A program made the translations under genes and the position numbers. A DNA stretch of 64,000 bases, taken from positions 625,230-689,229 of the forward strand of contig CAJFCJ010000028.1 of assembly GCA_904063045.1 (NCBI GenBank), written 5' to 3'. Source of the stretch: Dimorphilus gyrociliatus (Eukaryota > Animalia > Annelida). The notes under the pieces were generated by a model. It ran no database searches. It saw only the letters and a program-made list of their open reading frames with translations, and was not told the DNA's origin. This document shows positions 54,244-64,000 of this stretch, in pieces; within the stretch, counting starts at the first letter, position 1, and each line of letters begins with the position of its first letter.

Positions 54244-57200
54244 TTATTTACACTCATTCACATGGTTTTCATATTCTTTTTGGCTGACGTTATCCATTAA
54301 ATTTGAACAAACTGGACAATATTTTTCTAGGTTGTGAGACTCAACATGTGTTATCAAATCGCTTGTAGACAAAAAGGTATGATTACAAACTGGACACAAA
54401 AGCTGAGGCTCTCCGACAGCATCCTGTTTAAATAAATAGAATTAAGGTATGAAATTATAGCGTTTTGCTTTAATACTTGAAATCTGTCATCATCGTGATC
54501 GTTCAATTCAGGTATAATATTTCCTGTAACGGGATAAGGGGGCCCGCTGTTGCAAGGATATACCCAGGTTGATTCTGGTGGTGAAACTGGTAACAGAACA
54601 CATGAATTATTAATTTCTTTCGACAAAGATAAAAAATAATTATATCAATTTACATGTTCCTTTGACTGCTGCTGTTTTTGCGGTATGTAATTTTACTGGT
54701 TCGAGGGGTTCTGGTAAACCACTAACACCACGATATTCTGTAACGGGTATTCTCACTGCAAAACTTTTTTCTTTCTTTTCAACCATTTCAATATTTTCCT
54801 CAAGCTGTTTGTCGATAACCTTATTACGTAATTCATCAACTTCAGCACATTTTTTCAAATATATTTTTTTCATTTCTTCCAATTCATTGTTTAACTTTTC
54901 AATTGTTGATTGACTTTCTGCTGCTTGAACTTTTACTCTCTACGAAAAGAAGATGTTTTAAAAGATGTCAAATACAATTTCTATGCAAGACAATACCTCA
55001 AGATGTCTGTCAGTATGTTCTTGTTGTTGCAAAAGTTCTTTTATTTTATTATGTAGCTCAATTTCATGTACTTCAGCCTCATTTGTCTGACAGACGCTAT
55101 CCGATGAACATACGTAAGCTTCACAAGTAACGTCATTCGATCCAACATTTCCTTTTATCATTGAATCAGTTAAATCAGCTGTAAAATGCAATTATATTAT
55201 TTTAAATAAAATACGCTTAATAGACAAAGTATTGAATAATATTATACCTTTTCTTTCAAGTTTAGTGCATTGCTTCTGTAGTTTCATACATTCAACATAT
55301 TTTGTTCGATATTCTTCGCCTGCCATTTGTAATCTTCTCTTTAAATCCTCATTCTCTTTCATCAAGTGTTCCTCTCTTTGTTCGTAATCCTTATTCAAAT
55401 TTTCGATATCAGTCAAAAGCCTTTTCAAGTCAACATTTTCTTTTTGAAATTTGCTGAATCTACTGCGAACTTCATCATAGGCTGTTTGTAAAGCCATTCT
55501 AGAACCGTCGGCAACCATATCTTTACTTTCGGTTTTAAGTTTATCATATAAACTCTTTATCGAACGATACTTTTCTCTTTCTTCCTCAACAGCTCTATTT
55601 GTCTCTTTCGATTGATCCTGTAGCAGCGTTTCCAATTCTGATAGCCTCATTTTTAAATTTGCATTTTCAGATGTACTATGCTAGTTAATAAATGAAATAT
55701 ATATAAAATGATCAATAAAATAGGTAATCACACTAACTTCAAACTTTTGATTTAGCTTAGCGTTGAATTCTTTAATCGATGATAGTTCTTTTCTCATAAT
55801 TGATTTTGACTCTTCACCCGCTGATAACTTATCTTCGTAGTTTGTTAAGCGTTCACTTAAAGTAGATATATCATCCTATCATTTGAAAGATGATAAGTTT
55901 AAAAATTATCTTTTTCTTTATCTTAGAGTTCTTACTTTATAATGTTTAGAGATAGCAATTTCACCCTTCAAACGTATTAAAGTATCATCGTACGTTTTTT
56001 GCAATGCCGAGTGCTTAACTTCAAGATTACCCAACATCGTTTTCATTTCCGTAAATCTTTTCATGTAGCACTCTTCCTTTTGCGATCTTTCAGCTAATGC
56101 GCTCTGTATGGTATTGAAGATAAATGAAATATATACACATATAGTGACAAATACAAAAATGTATGCTATGTGATAATATGTTCTTACGTCTAAGAGTTCA
56201 ATTTTTTCATTAAGATTTTTATTCTCTCCTTGAACTTTATCAGTTTGTCTTAGCATTTCTATTTCTTTCTTTGATATCATACCAAGCTCTCTCTCTAATA
56301 CAGCAACTTGATTTTTCAATTCTTCTTCAACTGTTAGTGCCAAATCTAAGGCAACTGTTTTTTCTTTTAAGCTTTGACGGCATTTATCCAGGTTTTCCTC
56401 TAGAGCATCTCTCTCACCACGTAATAATTTTGTCTGTGATTCTAATTCTGTTTCGATATGAGTTATCTCTCCTTCCAGTTCAATTATTTTCTTCTCATTT
56501 TGAAAATTTTGCTGCCGAGTCTCTTCTAATTGATTATATATAACTTCCTTTTCTTTCATTACTTTACTTAATTGCTCCTCGAGGACATTTGTACGTTTCT
56601 TAACAATCAATAAACCCGTGTCATCCTCAACCTGTACTAGTTCTTCAGGAATAAAACTTCGAAACTGGAATGGCATGGATGCTCCTCGCATGCCACCCGT
56701 GCTCGTGATATAGCAAAATTGATAAATTTCAGTATCGTCATTTGGAATGCATGTAGCTGTTGTACAGCAAGAGAATAAATTAATGAATTTTGTGGATAGT
56801 GAATCTAATTACCGGGAAAGGTTACATCAGCTTCCAATTTTTCATTTGGTTCTTTTGCCCAAACATAGTGAATATATTCATTAGCACTACTCCATCCAAC
56901 CTAAAATACCCAATGAATAATTAATATTTATAAAATAAAATATTAATAGCTAAACACTTTTTCAGCCAGGAACATTATGAACAGAACAATCAGAAATATA
57001 TTAATATTTTTAATAACCTTCTCAAGGTCAATTATTCTAATATATAGTCTACACGATATGACAATCAATCAACCATTGATAGATTGCTAGAACACTTGAC
57101 TATGATTAAGGGAAAAATATTACGTAATCTGTAAGGAAATCTTTTAGAAACGAAAAATACTTACTTTATACAATCCAACCCAATCCCTTGAATTGTACTG

Positions 57201-57350
57201 CATTGCGCTACTGAACGAGTATTTACAATCAAAGTTTAATCCAGTCTGGTAACTTTCTTGAATATTTTGAAATATGACTTGGGCGAAATTCATTTTTTCC
57301 TCTGTTATTGTTTGCTGGGGGATTTTCTCAAAAGTTTCAAAGTCCGTCAT
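54244..57350 (-). CDS. TAX1BP1: TAX1BP1/CALCOCO-family selective autophagy receptor, ~779 aa. Exons (minus) 57350-57165, 56900-56813, 56756-56188, 56103-55936, 55875-55738, 55680-55248, 55178-54997, 54939-54654, 54586-54477, 54423-54244
   Basis: N-terminal SKICH domain (NFAQVIFQN...DWVGLYKVGW...YQFCYI...MRGASMPFQFR), long coiled coil, and two C-terminal UBZ-like fingers (CPVCNHTF...HVESH; CPVCSNLM...HVNEC). Confidence 0.93.
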
Positions 57351-58543
57351 TTTTCTTAGCCTTTTAAAACCTTCAGTTTTCGCTTATTCTTTCTCTTTAA
57401 GATTACAAAATTGTAGTGAGCAATTGTCATCACTAAAATGTATTAATAAGTTATTTTAACCAAATGACTCATTTAAGAGATCAATATCTATTGACAATGG
57501 CTCATGAAAGTAGGCCAAAAATAGTGTCTTTCTTTTTCATTGGGAATTAATATAGTAAAACGCAATTTCCTTAATACAAAATATTTGACTTTATTTAGGG
57601 TTCAAGGCTAATTATTAACGCTTTTCGTGAATTTTATACAATTTTACATACCGTGGCAACCCAGTAGACAGTGATATCAAACGTTATTTAAAACGATTTC
57701 GTAAACAAATGGGTTTGTGGGATTTGTTATGGTGGACGAACTATTTATGCCCAGTTTATTTATATGGGTATACCTAAATGATATATTTCACAGATAAGTA
57801 AAAAATTACCTAATTTTTTCGTAATACGATTATGAATCATTTCTCTCATATAGTTTTAATATAAGGATATCTTTGAAAAATTAATAATATATTTCCCCAC
57901 TTGCTAATATCTCTTAAGAAAAAACGTTCTATTAAGAACTTTATCGTTAACCATCTTAATTATTACAAGAATAAGTTTATAAATATCAAACTATATACCA
58001 AGATATAATAAAAATAGAGTGTTATAATTTCCTGTACAGAATACTGTCCAATTTTAAAAAAGAGTACTAATAAACAATGGTTTCTCCAAAAGAGCTACGA
58101 AAAGAAATTTTCGTTTAAAACACTAACTATTATGAACAACTAGAGATAATATTTAACAATTAATCTCCTAATATACGAAAGCATAAGTAAGAGAGAAATT
58201 TGATATATTTACCTGATATTAAAAGTTGCTGTTAGGAACCAGCTTGTGAAATGAATGAGCAAATTTTTATCGAATAACTATCCACCAGTCGTCTGCCTTT
58301 TAGTCAGTCTCGAATGAAACTCAAGGGATCTTGGGACGTTTCCCCTGTATAGACGAAAATTATATGAAATTTCAGAAATCTTATTCCCTTCAATACACAA
58401 TATTTATTATTAATTTCTTATATTGAAGTCATTCACCAAAATATTACAAGATAATTATCTCTATTGGATGATTTGTCTCGCTGATCAGCACCATTAATTC
58501 GTGATTTTGGCTTATTTTTGATTCGAACTTTATATTCGTGGAA
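57351..58543. promoter_or_regulatory. Divergent (probably bidirectional) promoter region between TAX1BP1 and EBAG9
   Basis: Head-to-head ATGs 1.2 kb apart. Partial X-box-like CCGTGGCAAC at 57651-57660. Confidence 0.5.
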
Positions 58544-59396
58544 ATGTCGGCTTTAAGTTGGACTTTTCGAAAGCTTTTCTCTGTTGTTTGTTTATTATTG
58601 TCTTTCATAAAGGCTATATTAAGTAGGATAATATGTAGAAGTAGACGTCATAGGAAAAATTCGGGTAGTTTACTACCTTTTATTGATCCTCAAGCAAATG
58701 CCCCCCAAATGGACATTCCTCCTCAGCCATTATTAAATAATGAGGTTGCTTTCTTTTGAGCACAAAAATAATGTGCTATTTAATCTAATATTAATTAATA
58801 TGTTTATAGGTGGAACTTCAATCTTGGGAATCTTGGGGGAATGACAGTTCTCCTGCAAACTCTGCTAAAGTTCCACAAAATCCTGTAAAGCCGAATAAAA
58901 TAAGACCAACAGTCTTTAGCAAAGCAAGAGATGTTGAACCAGAACCGGAGCCGGATTACTTTGTCGATATGAAACCTGATGTTCGTAAAAATGCAAAGGT
59001 AAGAGAGACAATAAATAAAGAATAAGAAGCTGACGAGAACATTTACTTTATAATTTTTAATAGATTGTCATAAAGAAAAAGGAAAATTTCGATGGAATTT
59101 CAAATAGATTAGCTATGTCAAATGATTTTGGTAATCAGGTTTGTTTTTCATGAAGCATATTAAACAGATTTTGGCATTTTAAATATATACTTATGTTTGA
59201 AAAGGGAGCAGAACTTGGTTCATGGGACGAGTATACTGCCGATTCAATGGCTAGTGGTTGGGGTCAAGAAGACTTGAGTGAAGAAGCAGAGGAAGTTTTA
59301 AAAGAACAAAAAAGAATTGAAAGAGAAAGGAGGCATCAAGAACAATTAAGGAAAAAGGCGGAGCGAGAAGCTAAACGAACAGCAAAATTAAAATAA
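58544..59396 (+). CDS. EBAG9: EBAG9/RCAS1 homologue, ~218 aa. Exons 58544-58744, 58810-58998, 59064-59138, 59205-59396
   Basis: N-terminal hydrophobic anchor followed by IICRSRRHRK, then WESW, EPDYFVDMKPDVRKNAKIVIKK, ELGSW and a C-terminal coiled coil (AEEVLKEQK...EQLRKKAEREA). Confidence 0.96.
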
Positions 59397-59860
59397 TAGA
59401 TACTAAAAAATTATCAACAAAAGAGATAACAAACTGAACAAATAATTCTGTTTTATTTATCTTTAGGCTGATGAATCTTTCTTCTTCTTCTTGTCTTTCT
59501 CTATCATTTATTCATTATATCCTATAAAAAAGTTATGTTCCATTCAAAATTAAAAAGAAAAATGAGACTTTTGATAGAGCTAAGAAAAAGGTAAAAAATA
59601 ATTAAACTTGACAAACTTTCTGACTTCAAATCTAATAGAATCAATAAGCAAAAAAGCCTTTTTTTTAGTTTTAATCTTTATTTATATATAAAATATTAAA
59701 TAGTTTAAATAATAATATGCAAAAAATAAATAAATTTGGAAGTTGCTTGTTTAAAAATGTATATTCATTTGTTTTTTTGTTTTAATTAAAATATTCTATA
59801 GTTTCAATTGGAGTAGAAAATAATTAATTATAATTTTTAAATTAACATTACTCTTGTTTT

Positions 59861-60560
59861 TTAACCAAACATTGAATTGTGAAGAGTTTCTAGCTCGTAT
59901 TCTCTTTGTTTTTTTCTTGCCTTCTGCCTTTTATAGTTTTCGTATTCTTCGTCGTCAGTCTCCAATTCAAAACGACATACGGGGCAGCTATTTGTTTTTT
60001 CAAGCCAAGTTTTAAGACATTTTGGATGAAAATTGTGTTTGCAAGGCATAATCAGAACTATATCATCGCTTTCAAAGGTTCCCAAACAGATTGAACAAGT
60101 TTTGTCTGGGGCATCTTGAGCGTGTGCTGTTTTTAGATCCTGTACGGCTTTCTTTGATGCAGGAGGTGGCGGTGCTTCTCCCATAAGTTGAGTGTACAAT
60201 GTGTCCCATGGATTAGACCAACCTAAGAAAAATTCTCATTTAAATAGTAAACACAATTCACCTATATATCTAATCAACGCTACGCTTTTTATATCTTTGG
60301 TAATTAGGTCAAAATATCTAAAAATCGTGTACAAATACAATCTGAAATTGACAACATATTGATTTTTTACATCAAAATCGAATAAAAAATTTAATCCATC
60401 AATTATAATGCAGATCTACAAGGTAAAATAAATATAAACAATGCGGTCATGACATTATCATACCTCCATCAAGGAGCAATCGGGCCAGATGCAAAGTGTG
60501 GTTGGGGGCCTCTCCTTCCTCTAGTGGCTTACAATCGTGTTCTTCAAAATAAGAAGCCAT
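59861..60560 (-). CDS. RNF181: RING-H2 E3 ubiquitin ligase RNF181, ~152 aa. Exons (minus) 60560-60464, 60222-59861
   Basis: MASYFEEHDC start, PPPASKKAV, RING-H2 CSIC...MPCKHNFHPKC...WLEKTNSCPVCRFELETDD, and C-terminus LETLHNSMFG. Confidence 0.97.
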
Positions 60561-60821
60561 AATAATAGGCGATTGATGTGAAAATGGTATAATTTTATAA
60601 TTTCAAACTGCGAAGTCACTACCGGAAGATGTAAATCTTTTTCATAACTGGTAGACATACTAATTATAGTATGTTTCGGTAAAGCAGTTTTTTTTACGCT
60701 TAAAATTTTTGTATTTATATCAAGTGTTACAACATCAGCAAACAATGAGAAGAAACATTTTCTGATTATAGTTAAACGAATAACATAGTGTATAAATAAA
60801 TTTATTATAACCTATTTCCCT

Positions 60822-61933
60822 TCATTTTATTTTAGCTTTGAAGGACTTTTGCGGAATAACGGAATTTCTTCTCTTCTTTTTAGTGCAATTTCGAATACCA
60901 TATTTAATATTCGGTATCATATGTTTTTTAATCTGAAATCTTATTCCAGCTATATCTAATAAGACTAATATTAACATTTCACCAAAAACAACACTCAAAG
61001 AAATAAGACCAATGAGTTTTGAATTGTGAGCATCAACCGGTTTCTCTTTTTCATAAGAAGGGAATGGTTTTATAAAATCATCTGTATTGAAATCAAGCGC
61101 TTCGTCTTCGCCTGTAGATATAAATATTTTCGATACTGTAATACTTTCATATAGTCAAATAGAACTGATAAACTAACCTACCAAACCCCATATTACAATT
61201 AGATCCGCCTCCAACATATCTGAGTTTGTTATATATATATATATATATATATATTTATACATAAATATATTGATATTAAACATATATACACTTTTCAATA
61301 CCTTTTCCTTTGCATACTTTATCCGAAGAACAAAAGAAAAAAGTAGGTAGTTGTAGATTTCTTTCAAAATTACATGCTCCATCCCTATGATCATTGTCAG
61401 CTATAAATATCCAACCGGACATTGTATCGCAATCCCCCGCATCTTTCCATATTAACCATCGTCTAGAGAACTGATAGTATGGTATATTTGAAACAAATCT
61501 AAAATAAATGTAATCATACTTATTAAAGAATAAATTTAAGAGAAATATGAATATTAATTAGACCCTTTAATGCTAAAATATAGAAAAGAATTTTTTGTAT
61601 CAACAAATGATGAATTGATTAGATTTTCATTATCGAACCAGTTAATTTTATTTGTGTTTTTGCCATTGAAAGTAAAGAAGACACTTTCTTTATTGTCTTT
61701 AAAGAAACTTAGCCGAATCTGAAAAAGGAAATAGATTGATATATTTAAATTCAACTGTAAAAGTACTAGATGAATATAAATACAAATTGAATGAGTATTT
61801 ATTTCAAGTATTCATTAGTTCACTGAATTGAAATATATATTGCACATGTGACAAAATTTTCAATAGAGCATCATCCTTTACATGTATATACAGTATATAT
61901 ATATATGTATCTATATATATATATCAATATATA

Positions 61934-61979
<46 letters not shown>

Positions 61980-62443
61980 GATACACATATTTATACTTGA
62001 TTGTGTTGTAATAATACATCAGTATTAAATTACGAATTTGTTAGAATTTCACCTTCGAAATTTCTATACAATCTTTACAATTTCAAATAGATATAAACAT
62101 ATCTATAAGATGTTTATTGTAATTAAATCTTACTATCGATATCTGTCTCCAATCTGTATCAACAATAGCACTTTTAAATGTTCCTTTAACCTGACTATTA
62201 ACGGCCAGATACTTGTAATTTTTCAATAAACTTTCTTCGTTAAACGTTAAATTTGATTTCCATAATTTATATAGAGTTGTTTCATTACTTAAACGATCAA
62301 ATTTTGATGATCTAAACAAGACTTTCCAATCTGAAAATAGTAGGGAAAAAAGAAACCGAAAAGGGAGAATTAACAGTTGGCTTACCTGAATAAATTGTTG
62401 AACATTTTAAAAATGACATTATAAGGATAAATATGAATTTCAT
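60822..62443 (-). CDS. Uncharacterised type I membrane protein, ~312 aa (signal peptide, ~190-aa ectodomain, TM helix, basic tail). Exons (minus) 62443-62386, 62330-62134, 61718-61564, 61498-61302, 61219-61178, 61111-60822
   Basis: Six phase-consistent GT-AG exons (one weak donor, GTCTAA, at 61563). Signal peptide MKFIFILIMSFLKCSTIYS, TM LIGLISLSVVFGEMLILVLL, tail with KKKRR. Confidence 0.85.
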
Positions 62444-63438
62444 TCTTTAAGAGGCAAAATACCTGTTCAATTCTTAAGCTAAGTATAAAAATTTGTCCTG
62501 TAAAATACGCCAATATATATTCTCTCTGTAATACCATATGCATTTTTCTCTAGTCCAATAATTGGCTTGACAAACAAACCCTTATCGAACATCAATAAAT
62601 TTAATGAATAGAATCTTCGAAATATGTAAGATAGTCTATTAATAAACTTGAGAATTGATAGAACTTTTACGCTCAGATTGGTACATTTAACAATTGTTTT
62701 ATATGTAAAACGATTTAAAACAAGCTAATTTCTTTTTGTTTTATAATTGCAATATCATTTCATTTTTGAAATATGTAAAATAAATACAATTGTATCGTAC
62801 ATGCATATTTTAGACTACAGTAGGTTTCCTTCTGCGAAGTGTATCTATTAAATGTATATATATATATGTATTCTAATTCTATCATTCCAGAAATTATGAA
62901 GTAGTAACGTTCTACTTAAAATCATAAAAAGAGACAAGACATCAGTTCTTTTTTTCAACAGTAGATATTATATTCCTCTTTTTAAGCATGCCACAAATAG
63001 CTAAGTAATAATAGTTTTCTTATTAACAAGTATGTTTTCATATTAATAATGTAATAGTGTCAGAATATTAAAATACATATGTTGAAAAATCTCCTTCACT
63101 TTTTAACAGTGTCGTTCAGCGAATACAAAGACGGATTTCAATAGTATTTATTATATAACAATAGTTAATCAAGAATATATGAAACCATATGCCATGTTGT
63201 CTTATTATAATATATATATATATGTATATATATACAGATATATATATATATGCATATTTATATAATAATCATGAATGAAAAATTAGGAATAAAAGAAATA
63301 ATATACCTACCAGTTGATTTGCCGTTAAAAAAATTGAATGGAAACGGTATAAATATAAAGAAACTTGGCGTTTAAGATCACTCACATTTCTATAAAAGTA
63401 TTCAAGGAAGAGAATATTCATTATTCCGATTTCTGTTC

Positions 63439-63851
63439 ATGATGAAACTACATCTCTTAATAATCTTCTCTTCACTTATCATTAGTATTTCTGCTATGAT
63501 TTTTACTAAAACAAGAGAGTCTAGTGTACCGAGAATGGGTAAGAAGTCGGTACCTATTAAACCTCTTGCAGAAAGTAGAGAAAATCTAAAGAATAACCCA
63601 TTTATTAATGGCTTTCTCCCTGTTAAAGACATTCAAAGTGAGTAGCTCAATTGGTTATTTTTTTTGCTTATTTTTACACTTTTGTATCAATTTATGTGTT
63701 TATTTCTATATATAAATATATAACTTTTTCAGCAGATGACGACTCAATGTTCTCAACTTCAGAACTAAAAGAAAAGTCTCGAAAGTACAATGTGATTAAG
63801 AACATTAAATATGTCTATACAATGTTAAAGAAATATGCAACTGTTCAATGA
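63439..63851 (+). CDS. Neuropeptide precursor, ~105 aa, predicted mature peptide MIFTKTRESSVPRM-amide (ETH/pleurin-like PRXamide). Exons 63439-63637, 63733-63851
   Basis: Signal peptide MMKLHLLIIFSSLIISISA directly followed by peptide + G-KK amidation/cleavage signal. Donor A|GTGAGT at 63638 and tandem acceptor TTCAGCAG at 63728-63735. Confidence 0.85.
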
Positions 63852-64000
63852 AAGTATTATTGTTTTTCGTTAAAAAGGAAAGCAATAGAGAAATAACAAA
63901 TGATTATATCATTTCATTTTACTTTTCTTTTTAAAGTGGTCATTTTGTAGGTTTATCTTCAATATATAGAGTAATAACATGTTCCAAAACAGCCTTATCC

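Noticed and set aside
54354-56187. ORF-track read-through into TAX1BP1 introns (e.g. VRTYYHIAYIFVFVTICVYI, VLKQNAIISYL)
   Set aside because: Short open introns flanked by good GT-AG sites; splicing restores the coiled coil and the UBZ fingers.
60521-60745. 74-aa minus-strand ORF overlapping the RNF181 start
   Set aside because: The upstream gene already stops at 60822 and RNF181 starts at 60560 in another frame; no motif.

Overview
AT-rich eukaryotic (bilaterian invertebrate) genomic DNA. A spiralian, compact-genome annelid-like origin is my inference, not verified. No prokaryotic features, CRISPR array, tRNA/rRNA or recognisable intact transposon were seen. The window has two regimes. (1) 1-38 kb holds one gene, a 3-KH poly(rC)-binding protein (PCBP/mub family, + strand, 10 coding exons 19214-36333, ~441 aa). 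It is preceded by ~19 kb of non-coding DNA with candidate 5' exons and a marked excess of CTCF-like, GTCACGTG E-box, YY1-like and RFX X-box motifs. (2) 38.5-64 kb is gene-dense with mostly 50-70 nt introns: GULP1/ced-6 (-), a GPATCH8/ZNF804-family zinc-finger RS protein (+), TAX1BP1-like (-), EBAG9 (+), RNF181 (-), an uncharacterised type I membrane protein (-) and a single-copy PRM-amide neuropeptide precursor resembling ETH/pleurin (+). All gene models were spliced by hand from GT-AG signals and phase consistency. Family assignments come from remembered motifs, not database searches. The most interesting signals are the ETH/pleurin-like peptide, the co-oriented CTCF-like array with its companion motifs, and candidate alternative-last and poison exons in PCBP and the GPATCH8-like gene.
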